From the IMG/VR virus record IMGVR_UViG_3300032103_000073: DNA of 64,000 bases. One strand, written 5' to 3'. This document shows, piece by piece, positions 1 through 9,181 of the stretch; within the stretch, counting starts at the first letter, position 1; every line of letters starts with the position of its first letter. The notes beneath the pieces are model-generated. The model did no database searches, had not been told where the DNA came from, and was given only the letters and a program-made list of their open reading frames with translations. This stretch comes from a virus. Lineage: Duplodnaviria > Heunggongvirae > Uroviricota > Caudoviricetes. Made by a program: the position numbers and the translations under genes.

Positions 1-100
1 TTACTACATAACGCCTCCTACTATATTTTTACCAGAAGAAGGCATTAGGATTACTGTAATAGGTACCGATGAAGATTGGACAGAACAGTTAAGCGATGAT

Positions 101-406
101 TTGGAAAATACCTTCCCAACCGTACCAATGACTTTTTATCATTTGGATGACAGAACAAGCGACAATTGGCAATGGCTTTATCATATGGTTGACTCTAGTG
201 ATTTGATCATGGTAAATGTGGGACGTTGCACACCGTTGGAAGTAAACTTATCCTTGCTAACAGCAAACGGAAGTAAAGTTTGGTTTTATGTGGACAAAGA
301 GCTGGTTGACAAAGACCTTAGAATATTGTTAAATAGCATAAATGCAAATGTGTTTAACAACAGCGAACAACTTCACGCAATGCTTAGAAATTTTGTCGGC
401 GAATGA
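101..406 (+). CDS. hypothetical protein
   Basis: ORF whose stop overlaps the clpX start (ATGA). Confidence 0.4.
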   Translation: MENTFPTVPMTFYHLDDRTSDNWQWLYHMVDSSDLIMVNVGRCTPLEVNLSLLTANGSKVWFYVDKELVDKDLRILLNSINANVFNNSEQLHAMLRNFVGE

Positions 407-1641
407 CTGAAAAGACTAAACCTTTAATGTGTTGCAGTTTTTGCGACAAAAATCAAAACGAAGTTAAAAAATTAGTTGCAGGTAGCAAAGGTTATATCTG
501 CGATGAGTGTATTGTCTTATGCAACGAGGCAATTAAAGATGATATTGTAAAAACTTCTACTACCGGCGAACTGCCAAGTCCTCGAGAAATTTATCAACAT
601 TTAGATCAATATGTTATCAGCCAGGACATGCCTAAACTGTCACTAAGTGTTGCAGTTTACAATCATTACAAACGTTTACAAAATACCAGCGACATTGAAA
701 TTGAAAAAAGCAACGTGCTGTTTATTGGTCCCACTGGATCCGGCAAAACACTGCTGGCAAAAACAATTGCCAAGTTTCTTAATGTTCCTTTTGCTATCAC
801 CGATGCTACAAGTTTAACTGAAGCAGGCTATGTTGGCGAAGATGTTGAAAACGTTATACATAAACTTTATCAAGCAGCAGACAATAATATTGAACGTTGC
901 GAGCAGGGCATTATCTACATCGACGAAATAGACAAGAAGGGTCGCAAAAGCGAAGGTGCTAGCATTACACGCGATGTATCCGGTGAAGGTGTACAACAGG
1001 CCCTGCTAAAGATTATCGAAGGTACTGAATGTCGCGTTCCGCAAACAGGCGGACGAAAGCATCCAGGGCACGAGATGCTGACTATCAATACAAAAAATAT
1101 TTTGTTTATATTAGGCGGTGCATTTGTTGGTCTAGAAGAAGTTATCAATAAGAGAATCAACACTGGTTCTACTATTGGCTTTGGACCGGCAGACTCTAGA
1201 AAGAAACCTAACCTAAATCAAGTAATACACGAAGATGTGATCAAATGGGGAATTATTCCCGAGCTTGCTGGACGCATGCCAAAGATCGCAGTGTTAGAAG
1301 AACTAACAGAAGAACAATTGGTTCGCTCTATGAAGGAACCAAAAAACAGTATCATAAGTCAATATCAAGAGCTATTCCGCATGGACGGGGTTGAGTTGAT
1401 AATAGATGATAGTGCATGCCGCGCTATTGCTAGAAAATGCTTGACTATGAAATTAGGCGCCCGTGGCCTTAGAGCAGAATTGGAATCTGTACTCTTAAAA
1501 ACACAATTTGTCTTGCCTGATTTAGCCAACGAAAATGTTGCTAAAGTCACAATAACCGAGGAAACAGTCAACCAAGGCAAGGAACCACTACTAGTATATG
1601 GCAACAAACGTAAAAAGACAAGAGAACAGAGTTCTCAGTAA
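403..1641 (+). CDS. clpX: ClpX-like AAA+ unfoldase
   Basis: N-terminal C4 zinc finger (CxxC...CxxC), Walker A GPTGSGKT, overall ClpX-like architecture. Confidence 0.9.
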   Translation: MTEKTKPLMCCSFCDKNQNEVKKLVAGSKGYICDECIVLCNEAIKDDIVKTSTTGELPSPREIYQHLDQYVISQDMPKLSLSVAVYNHYKRLQNTSDIEIEKSNVLFIGPTGSGKTLLAKTIAKFLNVPFAITDATSLTEAGYVGEDVENVIHKLYQAADNNIERCEQGIIYIDEIDKKGRKSEGASITRDVSGEGVQQALLKIIEGTECRVPQTGGRKHPGHEMLTINTKNILFILGGAFVGLEEVINKRINTGSTIGFGPADSRKKPNLNQVIHEDVIKWGIIPELAGRMPKIAVLEELTEEQLVRSMKEPKNSIISQYQELFRMDGVELIIDDSACRAIARKCLTMKLGARGLRAELESVLLKTQFVLPDLANENVAKVTITEETVNQGKEPLLVYGNKRKKTREQSSQ

Positions 1642-2137
1642 TAGAGAAATTCGCGCTCGCGAAGTTCGCTTGATCGATGCCGATGGCAGCAACGTCGGAG
1701 TTGTTGCTTACTTTAAAGCATTAAACTCTGCACAGGACCAAGGGCTTGACCTTATCCTAATCAACGGTGCTACAAATCCACCTGTTTGCAAAATAGGTGA
1801 CGTGGGCAAGTACAAATACGAAATGCAAAAGCGCCAAAAAGAACAGGATCGTAAAAATAGAGAAAATCGAGTTGAACTAAAAGAAGTGCAACTACGACCT
1901 GGTATCGGCGAGCACGACCTTGAAGTTAAAATGAAACACATCAAGGAATGGCTAACCGAAGGCGACAAGGTTAAGATTGTTATTAAATTCCGTGGTCGCG
2001 AAATGGCTAATACCGGTCAAGGTACCACAATTATAAATAATATTTTAGAACAAGTGCCCGCAGCTAAACTAGAAGGAACTAGCGAACTGCAAGGCAATAG
2101 AATGATAGCAACATTATTTCAAGGTAAAACAAAATGA
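1598..2137 (+). CDS. infC: translation initiation factor IF-3
   Basis: REIRAREVRL...PPVCKI...KFRGRE motifs typical of IF3; start overlaps the clpX 3' end by 44 nt in another frame. Confidence 0.85.
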   Translation: MATNVKRQENRVLSNREIRAREVRLIDADGSNVGVVAYFKALNSAQDQGLDLILINGATNPPVCKIGDVGKYKYEMQKRQKEQDRKNRENRVELKEVQLRPGIGEHDLEVKMKHIKEWLTEGDKVKIVIKFRGREMANTGQGTTIINNILEQVPAAKLEGTSELQGNRMIATLFQGKTK

Positions 2138-2370
2138 GTAAAAAACAAGGACCATTGATGGGTAGTACAGTTATTGTACAAAATGATAACTGGGAAAAAG
2201 CTCTGCGCATCTTTAAAAAGAAGATTACAGAAAGCGGCAAACTGATTGAACTTAAAGAAAAAGAGTTCTACGAAAAGCCCAGCGTGACCAAGCGCAAGAC
2301 AAAAAATCAACAGGCACGTAGAGCACAGAAGAAGCGTGAAGCTGACGCACTACCAAAGAAACTTTACTAA
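2134..2370 (+). CDS. rpsU: ribosomal protein S21
   Basis: ALRIFKKK...GKL.ELKEKEFYEKPS..KRK...ARRRAQKK signature; ATGA overlap with the infC stop. Confidence 0.85.
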   Translation: MSKKQGPLMGSTVIVQNDNWEKALRIFKKKITESGKLIELKEKEFYEKPSVTKRKTKNQQARRAQKKREADALPKKLY

Positions 2371-2675
2371 TGAGTAATACCATAGACTTGTCTAGCATTG
2401 AACCTGTTGCATTTGAATGGGATGACACTGCTACTACAATTGGAGTTGTAGCACAGGATATTTCTACTATAGCAGGAGTAGGGTCTGCTATTACTGTTTC
2501 TGCTAACAATTGGAATTCTTCTATTAGCTACACTGATCCATACGAAGCAATTGAAAAGAGATTAGCAGCAGTTGAATCGGTTTTGGCAGAAGAAAAAGCC
2601 ATTAGAGATAACTGTCCAGCAGTCAAACAGGCCTATGATGAATACCGACTTTTGCTTGAATTGGCAAAAGGATAA
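2370..2675 (+). CDS. hypothetical protein
   Basis: ORF coupled to the rpsU stop. Confidence 0.4.
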   Translation: MSNTIDLSSIEPVAFEWDDTATTIGVVAQDISTIAGVGSAITVSANNWNSSISYTDPYEAIEKRLAAVESVLAEEKAIRDNCPAVKQAYDEYRLLLELAKG

Positions 2676-2704
2676 TTGACAGGCTTACGAAATCAGCGTA
2701 TAAA
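2676..2704 (+). promoter_or_regulatory. sigma70-like promoter (TTGACA-N17-TATAAA) upstream of hsp20
   Basis: ttgaca 2676-2681, 17-nt spacer, tataaa 2699-2704. Confidence 0.6.
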
Positions 2705-2709
2705 TATAC

Positions 2710-2736
2710 TTGTACAACGCCATTAGGGTTGTACAA
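2710..2736. promoter_or_regulatory. perfect inverted repeat TTGTACAAC-N9-GTTGTACAA (CIRCE-like operator architecture)
   Basis: 9-nt arms with a 9-nt spacer immediately downstream of the -10 box and upstream of hsp20. Confidence 0.55.
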
Positions 2737-2780
2737 TGGGCACATTGCCCAAAACGTTCTTGCTTATTAAAGGAGAAAAT

Positions 2781-3218
2781 ATGAACGCACTTACACGATT
2801 TGACACTACAGCTCTTAACCAATTAAACAGAGCACTGGTTGGATTTGATCGCATGTTTAATGAACGAATCAATTCTAACCAATCTTACCCTCCCTACAAC
2901 ATCATCAAGAAAGATGACAACAACTATGAAATTGAAATCGCAGTTGCTGGCTTTACACTTGGAGAAATTGATGTTGAAGTGAATCAAAACATGCTAACAA
3001 TTTCCGGACAGCGTGATAGAGAAGAAGAAGAAGCAGATGTAGAATATCTACACCGCGGTCTTGCTTATCGTAGCTTTGAAAAGACACTAACTCTTGCAGA
3101 GCATATGGAAGTTGGAACTGCAAGTATTAAAGATGGCGTTCTACGAATTGCTATTACTAGGATCGTTCCTGAAGCACTAAAGCCCCGCAAGGTTGAAGTT
3201 ATCAGCTACGACAAGTAA
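2781..3218 (+). CDS. small heat-shock protein (Hsp20/alpha-crystallin family)
   Basis: alpha-crystallin-like core (IAVAGF...L.I); SD AAAGGAG before ATG 2781 (track ORF begins at 2736). Confidence 0.75.
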   Translation: MNALTRFDTTALNQLNRALVGFDRMFNERINSNQSYPPYNIIKKDDNNYEIEIAVAGFTLGEIDVEVNQNMLTISGQRDREEEEADVEYLHRGLAYRSFEKTLTLAEHMEVGTASIKDGVLRIAITRIVPEALKPRKVEVISYDK

Positions 3219-3228
3219 GCACTAAAAC

Positions 3229-3245
3229 GGGGGCACTGTGCCCCC
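3229..3245 (+). terminator. GC hairpin gggggcactgtgccccc (weak terminator)
   Basis: perfect stem after the hsp20 stop; no strong T-run. Confidence 0.35.
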
Positions 3246-3273
3246 AATTGATAAATACTTTTGAAAGTTAAAA

Positions 3274-3579
3274 ATGAGCGTAATGGCAGAAACAAGTCAA
3301 TCAACTAAACAAGACGTTGTTATCAAGCAACCTAGCATGTATAAAGTCGTGTTTAATAACGACGATGCAACTCCGATGGATTTTGTTATTGATTTACTCA
3401 AGGCAGTTTTTCATCAAGACGAAGACCGTGCTACCCAAACTACAATGGAAATTCACGAAAAAGGTCGTGGCATTGCAGGTGTTTATACTTTTGAAGTAGC
3501 AGAACAAAAGCACAGCGAAGCAACGTATATCGCCCGAAATAATGGGCATCCACTTAACATTAACCTAGAGTCTGAATAA
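3274..3579 (+). CDS. clpS: ClpS-like adaptor
   Basis: PSMYKVVFNNDDATPMDFVIDLL...ATQ...H..G.....FEVAE matches the ClpS core. Confidence 0.8.
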   Translation: MSVMAETSQSTKQDVVIKQPSMYKVVFNNDDATPMDFVIDLLKAVFHQDEDRATQTTMEIHEKGRGIAGVYTFEVAEQKHSEATYIARNNGHPLNINLESE

Positions 3580-3857
3580 TGGACGCAAAAACAAAAGAAA
3601 TCCTGGACATCACCCAAGAGGAATGTGCAGAAGTAGTAGTAGCCGTGAGCAAAATTAGCCGCTTTGGCATAGACAACGTTAAACCCGGTAAGCCTAAAAC
3701 AAACAGGGAACACTTGGAAGAAGAAGTAGGTGACTTGTTAGCTATGGTGGACTTGATGATTGAACATAAAGTTATTGACGTTAATAGCGTTAATCTAGCT
3801 CGTGCCGCCAAAAAAGACAAGCTAAAGCTGTGGAGTAATATCTACTCCGAAAATTGA
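3579..3857 (+). CDS. MazG-like nucleotide pyrophosphohydrolase domain protein
   Basis: EEVGDLLAMV-type MazG motif, small all-alpha protein. Confidence 0.5.
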   Translation: MDAKTKEILDITQEECAEVVVAVSKISRFGIDNVKPGKPKTNREHLEEEVGDLLAMVDLMIEHKVIDVNSVNLARAAKKDKLKLWSNIYSEN

Positions 3858-4267
3858 TAATATCAGTAGAAACCATGATATAATGTTGCGGTGCCAGATA
3901 AATAAGTAGAAACACTGAGTTTTTATTTAAGAAAGGCACCACAACATGCTATCACTTATTGCATACTTAATCAAACCGCTGATTAACGAACAGCAAAATC
4001 AACAAAATGATTTAGATCGTTATATAACCAGCAAACAGCCTACTACAACAGCAGAAGTAGAATACTGGCAACGAGAATATGATAAAAAACAATCTGTAGG
4101 AGGTTGGTTATCATGAAACATATTAAACAAATCTTTTGGGAATTTATATTAGAATATGCAGAGTATCGCCGAGCTCAAATTGAGCGCCGCGGTTATGCAA
4201 ACTGGTATTAATGCGTAGTTAATATTCTGCTGATACTGCTAAATATTTTATATAGGGGGTATTTGCA

Positions 4268-4696
4268 GTGCCAAGAAAACCAAACGTAACCCAAACTAAA
4301 CTGTTCAAAATGGTGCAACAGTTCGACGAATTTGACTGCAAATTTAGACCTACTATACAGGATTGTCGTAGCGTATTTCGTCAGATAAACAAGCAGGTAT
4401 TTAATAATGAATTAAAAATGCCAGCATTTAGATTAGTTTATTCTAGTGCATTTTGGGGTGAATGCACAGGCGATCAATATGACCAAACTAAATGCACTAT
4501 TAAAATGAACAAAAGCTTCTTATCTAAGAGGCTTTTTGTTTATACATTAGCACATGAAATGGTGCATCAATGGGAATGGTTAACCTATGAGAATATGACA
4601 CATGGCCCGAGATTCTTTATATGGCGAGAAGAATTAAGTAAATTCGGTATTATATTAAGTAGAAAATATCGAATAAAGCATTATAAGCTAAAGTAA
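4268..4696 (+). CDS. HExxH zinc-metallopeptidase-like protein (SprT-like)
   Basis: TLAHEMVHQWEW motif. Confidence 0.5.
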   Translation: MPRKPNVTQTKLFKMVQQFDEFDCKFRPTIQDCRSVFRQINKQVFNNELKMPAFRLVYSSAFWGECTGDQYDQTKCTIKMNKSFLSKRLFVYTLAHEMVHQWEWLTYENMTHGPRFFIWREELSKFGIILSRKYRIKHYKLK

Positions 4697-4719
4697 TACT
4701 CGAGTATTATCTAAATAAA

Positions 4720-4748
4720 TTGGCACAAATTGGGCTCCATGTTATAAT
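4720..4748 (+). promoter_or_regulatory. conserved early promoter (TTGGCA-N17-TATAAT)
   Basis: member of the repeated promoter family. Confidence 0.7.
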
Positions 4749-4754
4749 ACATAC

Positions 4755-5069
4755 ATGATGAAGCGCAAAACACGTTCCGACCGCAAGCATGCAATCTACG
4801 TTATTACTAACGTAGTTACTAAAGACCAATACATTGGTGTTACAGTTTGCTCAGGCAACCTTCGCAAAGCACTAAAAGTTCGCATGCAAAAGCACATCCG
4901 CCGCGCACTTACAGAAAACAAAGACTGGGCACTGTGCCGCAACATCCGTGACTACGGTGTTGAAGCATTTGAGTATGGTGTTGTTGAAACTGTGCGCGGC
5001 AAAGCGGCAGCTCACGCACGTGAGCGCGAGCTTACTCGCGTACATGCTCCTGTTTTGAACACACTGTAA
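4755..5069 (+). CDS. small GIY-YIG-domain protein
   Basis: IYVITN...YIGVT...R..E motif spacing. Confidence 0.5.
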   Translation: MMKRKTRSDRKHAIYVITNVVTKDQYIGVTVCSGNLRKALKVRMQKHIRRALTENKDWALCRNIRDYGVEAFEYGVVETVRGKAAAHARERELTRVHAPVLNTL

Positions 5070-5083
5070 AAGAAAGTATTACA

Positions 5084-5269
5084 ATGAGCTATTTGCGTTT
5101 TATTTGGTTTGTTGTTGAACGTGACGGCGTTCGTGAAGCTATTCGCTGGGCTGAAAACGCTAGCCCTATGCCCGGACGCCAAACCCTGCCTGAATACTGT
5201 GCAGATCAGGGTTATGCTATCATGTCAGGTCCTTACAAAACTCGCAAAAAGGCTCTTGAAAACTTATAA
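5084..5269 (+). CDS. hypothetical protein
   Basis: ORF. Confidence 0.35.
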   Translation: MSYLRFIWFVVERDGVREAIRWAENASPMPGRQTLPEYCADQGYAIMSGPYKTRKKALENL

Positions 5270-5271
5270 AT

Positions 5272-5300
5272 TGGCACAAATTGGTTTTGGCGCTATAATA
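5272..5300 (+). promoter_or_regulatory. conserved early promoter plus UTR cassette
   Basis: TTGGCA-N17-TATAAT followed by ACATACATAGCGTAACAAAACAGGAG and ATG 5332. Confidence 0.75.
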
Positions 5301-5331
5301 CATACATAGCGTAACAAAACAGGAGTTAAAG

Positions 5332-5544
5332 ATGTCGGCAAATCCAGGAGCTTTTATGACTTATGCAGGCTTGAAGAAGATGTTGGAGCAGATGACACCT
5401 GAGCAGTTGCAACAGAATGTAGTAGTCTATGCAGGAGACATCGACGAAACTATGCCTGTCTTTGGTACTTGTACAAATACTGAAGAAGAAATGGGCGAGG
5501 TGTTGGACACTGATCCCGAAGGTGCGTTCTTCCTGTTGGTTTAA
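5332..5544 (+). CDS. hypothetical protein
   Basis: ORF downstream of the UTR cassette. Confidence 0.5.
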   Translation: MSANPGAFMTYAGLKKMLEQMTPEQLQQNVVVYAGDIDETMPVFGTCTNTEEEMGEVLDTDPEGAFFLLV

Positions 5545-5639
5545 GGAGTAGAAAATGACCGCTATTACTAATCTCATTATCGTACTCATGCCGGTTATCA
5601 TCATGGGCCTATCAATCATTGTCAAGGATGGATTCTAAA

Positions 5640-5849
5640 ATGAACGAACGAATTTTATCACCACAACTACTCAAGTTAGTTCAAGATGCTGGCCCCGGGT
5701 ATTCGTTAGCCGATCCTAAATGGGTTAAAAAGTTCGCCGAGTTGATTGTCAGAGAATGTGCTATAATTGCTAATCGTGCTGAGAATACTGAAACCGAGAT
5801 ACGGTGTATGTATGATGTGATTACTGAACATTTCGGAGTTGAAGAATGA
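5640..5849 (+). CDS. FAELIVREC-family small protein
   Basis: KFAELIVRECA...EHFGVEE; paralogs at 5846, 33366, 60368 and 63139. Confidence 0.6.
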   Translation: MNERILSPQLLKLVQDAGPGYSLADPKWVKKFAELIVRECAIIANRAENTETEIRCMYDVITEHFGVEE

Positions 5850-6037
5850 ACGAACGAATTCAAGAACTCGCTGAACAGGCCAGCGACACTAGCGATTACG
5901 GACTTGAGTGTGTGACTGACAAATTTCTAGAACACTTTGCTGAGTTGATTGTTCGGGAGTGTGCTGATTTTGCGGCAAGTCAAGGATCCGGTTGGGAAGC
6001 AAGAAAATCAATTGAAAAACATTTCGGAGTTGAATGA
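5846..6037 (+). CDS. FAELIVREC-family small protein
   Basis: HFAELIVRECADF...KHFGVE; ATGA overlap with the upstream paralog. Confidence 0.6.
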   Translation: MNERIQELAEQASDTSDYGLECVTDKFLEHFAELIVRECADFAASQGSGWEARKSIEKHFGVE

Positions 6038-6206
6038 TGAAAACAATGTATGAAGTGATTATGATTGACGGGCACTGCCCGAGCGAAACCTGCTCCCTGG
6101 GCTTGTACTCGACTCGAGAGTCTGCTGAAATAACCATTGAGAAAGAGGCTCCTCAATATTCTGATCATATGATTTTTGAAATCGAAGAAAAGTATGTTGG
6201 CGAGTG
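6036..6206 (+). CDS. hypothetical small protein (56 aa)
   Basis: ATGA-coupled ORF not present in the track. Confidence 0.35.
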
Positions 6207-6219
6207 AATAGCAAATAAA

Positions 6220-6248
6220 TTGACACAAATTGATGTCTGCGTTATAAT
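6220..6248 (+). promoter_or_regulatory. conserved early promoter plus UTR cassette
   Basis: TTGACA-N17-TATAAT and GATACATAGCGTAAACAAACAGGAGTTAAAG before ATG 6281. Confidence 0.75.
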
Positions 6249-6280
6249 TGATACATAGCGTAAACAAACAGGAGTTAAAG

Positions 6281-6733
6281 ATGGGTACACGTTCGATTAT
6301 TGGTGTTATGCATGGTGATGTTTGCAAAAGCGTTTATTGCCATTGGGATGGCTATTTGGCTCACAACGGCAAAATCTTGCTGGACAACTACGACAGTGCT
6401 AAAGCCAATCACTTGGTTGCTTTGGGCGACATCAGCTCGCTTGCCGCCAAAATCGAAGTGCCTGATTTAGTTGAGCACACCTTTGACAAGCCCGCAGAAG
6501 GTATCACAGTGTTCTACGGTCGTGACCGTGGCGCGACCGGCACCGAGTTTCGTGTGTCACACACCTTCCAAGACTTCCTGGAACGTGCTGATAGTTGCGG
6601 CGCAGAGTATTACTATATTATGAAAGACGGTGTTTGGTACTGCGGTACTACTTACGCCTCGGGCGTTCTGGCTAACAAGTTGACTAGTTTGGCAGAAGCA
6701 ATTGCCCAAGAAGAATCTATGGCTACTATCTAA
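6281..6733 (+). CDS. hypothetical protein
   Basis: ORF; the track N-terminus MIHSVNKQELK is the translated UTR. Confidence 0.55.
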   Translation: MGTRSIIGVMHGDVCKSVYCHWDGYLAHNGKILLDNYDSAKANHLVALGDISSLAAKIEVPDLVEHTFDKPAEGITVFYGRDRGATGTEFRVSHTFQDFLERADSCGAEYYYIMKDGVWYCGTTYASGVLANKLTSLAEAIAQEESMATI

Positions 6734-7050
6734 TGGACTACGAAAAGCGTTATAACGAACAAGGACAAGTTGCAGTTCTAATCAGCCCGGGCTTCGGGGC
6801 TGGTTGGAGCACTTGGTCTGGCGAGCATGCAGAAGCTATGATCTTCGACAGCCGGTTGGTTGACTATGTCTTGCTCAACGATACTATAGGTTTGGGCGAA
6901 TACGCACAATCATTAGGCTACGACAGCTACATGGGCGGCGCCGAAGATGTTGAAGTGATTTGGGTAGATGCAGGTACTAGATTTGTTATTGAAGAATATG
7001 ACGGAAGCGAAAGCATCCTAACGTTTGAAGATTTGTCTTATATTGCATAA
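6733..7050 (+). CDS. hypothetical protein
   Basis: coupled ORF. Confidence 0.5.
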   Translation: MDYEKRYNEQGQVAVLISPGFGAGWSTWSGEHAEAMIFDSRLVDYVLLNDTIGLGEYAQSLGYDSYMGGAEDVEVIWVDAGTRFVIEEYDGSESILTFEDLSYIA

Positions 7051-7059
7051 GGATTAAAC

Positions 7060-7422
7060 ATGGCAGGCTATCAAGCAGTTTTAGAACTTCGTCGCATTGA
7101 AGCAGATCTGGATGCTATGGGTCTTATGCTTTGCAACCCTAAGCACGGTAGCTGGAGCGAAGAAACATATGGCGACCGTGCTGGAGTAAAGCCTAAAGAT
7201 GCAGATGCACTGCCTATCTACAGTCGTGATGCAGAATTGTTTACTGGCACACTAGAACAGATTCGTACTTGGATGATTGGTGTTAAGTGGGCACGTGAAT
7301 ATGACATGATGCTACGACTCTCTGACGACAAGAAGCGAGTAAAGAAAGAAGATGATTATCGCCATCGCGAAATGTTGCGCCGTCTGGCACACGACCACAC
7401 TAAAGTAAAAGAGGACCAATAA
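7060..7422 (+). CDS. hypothetical protein
   Basis: ORF. Confidence 0.5.
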   Translation: MAGYQAVLELRRIEADLDAMGLMLCNPKHGSWSEETYGDRAGVKPKDADALPIYSRDAELFTGTLEQIRTWMIGVKWAREYDMMLRLSDDKKRVKKEDDYRHREMLRRLAHDHTKVKEDQ

Positions 7423-7715
7423 TGACTGATGACAACAACCCAACAAAACCCGAAGACCTTAAAATTGTTTTTGCTGAAGGTTGCTTTGACAACTTCGAAG
7501 GCACACAGGAAGAACTAGACGAGATGATTGCAGAAATCAACCGCATGGTCACTAGCGGCGAAATCTTCGAAAAGAGTCGTCCCGTTGACCTTGACAACAT
7601 GGACGAAGAAGAACTCGTTGCACTTGCACAGGCAATGGGTTTGAATTTTGAGGAACTAGGTATTCCTGAAGAGCTTGCAGACTCGATTGCTAAAAAGCCA
7701 CGGTCACTACAATGA
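7422..7715 (+). CDS. hypothetical acidic protein
   Basis: ORF with ATGA overlap. Confidence 0.5.
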   Translation: MTDDNNPTKPEDLKIVFAEGCFDNFEGTQEELDEMIAEINRMVTSGEIFEKSRPVDLDNMDEEELVALAQAMGLNFEELGIPEELADSIAKKPRSLQ

Positions 7716-8038
7716 GTAGGTTTCTTGCCATGTGGGACTGCCAGGGTCTAGAATGTATGTTTGACATTACAGATCTCGACCACGATGCTATGATTGCAGG
7801 CATAAAAGACGAGCCATTTAAGACTCCTTTTAACTTGACTGCAATGATGCTTCGTGCCCGTTATAATAGTCAACGCAGTTATGAAATCTACACATTTGAA
7901 ACTGAAGACCAAGTCGACCTGCATGAAATGAAAACTATGTTTAATAATAGTCCGCAAGGTTTTGCAGAGCTTATTAGAGAAAAGGGTAATAAGATTTACA
8001 GCGACTATACTCCTAGCAATAAAAAGGTGATTGCATAA
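7712..8038 (+). CDS. hypothetical protein
   Basis: ORF. Confidence 0.5.
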   Translation: MSRFLAMWDCQGLECMFDITDLDHDAMIAGIKDEPFKTPFNLTAMMLRARYNSQRSYEIYTFETEDQVDLHEMKTMFNNSPQGFAELIREKGNKIYSDYTPSNKKVIA

Positions 8039-8259
8039 TGCCGCGAATATATACAGAAGTTGAAGTAGATGTAGACTTGGATGAGTTTGACGAAGAAGAT
8101 CTAATCGAAGAACTTGAACGCCGAGGTAAAGGTTTTGAGATTGCTAGTCGCAACGGAACTGAGATTGTTAGGGCGATACACGAAAAGCGCAGACTTGGGC
8201 AAGATTACCAGCGTGAACTTGACGAACTGATTTATCTTGCTATTGGCAAAGTTATATAA
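8038..8259 (+). CDS. hypothetical acidic protein
   Basis: ORF. Confidence 0.45.
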   Translation: MPRIYTEVEVDVDLDEFDEEDLIEELERRGKGFEIASRNGTEIVRAIHEKRRLGQDYQRELDELIYLAIGKVI

Positions 8260-8477
8260 TGACTTATCAGATTTTCCATCGAATTAAAATCCCATGCGGC
8301 GCCATTGCATCTTATGATGAAGGCTCGGGCTATGGGTATCGTTGCGAAGATTGCATGGCTGTTGTAGGTAGTATAGGGCAACCGCGCGAGTGTAAAGATA
8401 AAGCACTGGAATACAAGCTAATAGAAAAGCTAGGCGGACCCGGCTGGAATTATGCAGAACACGTTGTCAAAGACTAA
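8259..8477 (+). CDS. hypothetical Cys-rich protein
   Basis: ORF. Confidence 0.45.
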   Translation: MTYQIFHRIKIPCGAIASYDEGSGYGYRCEDCMAVVGSIGQPRECKDKALEYKLIEKLGGPGWNYAEHVVKD

Positions 8478-8498
8478 TACTCAAGTATTACCGTTTAA

Positions 8499-8527
8499 TT
8501 GACACAAATTGGCTCCTGCGCTATAAT
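8499..8527 (+). promoter_or_regulatory. conserved early promoter plus UTR cassette
   Basis: TTGACA-N17-TATAAT and the UTR before ATG 8560. Confidence 0.75.
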
Positions 8528-8559
8528 TGATACATAGCGTAAACAAACAGGAGCAATAA

Positions 8560-8925
8560 ATGGCACGTGAAACTAAAACACAACGACAAGCCCGCGAGCA
8601 AGCAGAGCAGTTTGCTCAGTTGTCGGTTGCCAAGTCTACCTATACAGAGCGTATGATGTCTGTGCTGGCCCGTGCTACTAAGTCGAACTTCGAACTGGAA
8701 GTTAAAGAAGCCCTGTTTGTACTAGAGGACCGAGACGACCGCCGTGCTGGGACTTTTACAGTGAATCCCGTGTGGAGTGAAATGGCAGACGTTGATTTGT
8801 ACAGCCTGGAGCAAGAAGTTTCTTGGAAAGAAGAATCCGTAGCAGAACGTGAGCGTGTTGCTAACCTGCGTAAGACTGCACTGTCCAAGCTGACTGCCGA
8901 AGAGCGAGAAGCACTAAGCCTTTAA
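8560..8925 (+). CDS. hypothetical protein
   Basis: ORF. Confidence 0.5.
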   Translation: MARETKTQRQAREQAEQFAQLSVAKSTYTERMMSVLARATKSNFELEVKEALFVLEDRDDRRAGTFTVNPVWSEMADVDLYSLEQEVSWKEESVAERERVANLRKTALSKLTAEEREALSL

Positions 8926-8934
8926 GGAAATAAA

Positions 8935-9180
8935 ATGAAAAATCGTTATGGTGACGAATACAGTTTTGACGCAGTAGATGCAAATACCTACACCATTGTA
9001 GGTGAGCTTGAGTACTGGCGATATGGCGGACGTGAAGGTCAAGAGCGTATGGACTTTACCGACTTGGGCTTTGTTGACCCTAGCGGCGGACCGTTTATTG
9101 AATTGGGCATGAAGATCGAAGGTCGAAAGATTGTCAATATCAGTGCCGTTGAAGATAACATTTATTTTAAGGTAGAATAA
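8935..9180 (+). CDS. hypothetical protein
   Basis: ORF. Confidence 0.45.
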   Translation: MKNRYGDEYSFDAVDANTYTIVGELEYWRYGGREGQERMDFTDLGFVDPSGGPFIELGMKIEGRKIVNISAVEDNIYFKVE

Positions 9181-9181
9181 C

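Noticed and set aside
814-1607. Minus-strand ORFs (60-82 aa) inside clpX
   Set aside because: They lie entirely within a strongly supported plus-strand gene, have no SD and have low-complexity translations, so they are spurious.
3317-3820. Overlapping alternative-frame ORFs within clpS and the mazG-like gene
   Set aside because: They are shadow ORFs of well-supported genes.
6248-6283. N-terminal extension MIHSVNKQELK on three track ORFs (6248, 20175, 21475)
   Set aside because: It is the conserved 5'UTR read from an in-frame TTG. The real starts are the ATGs after AGGAG (6281, 20208, 21508).
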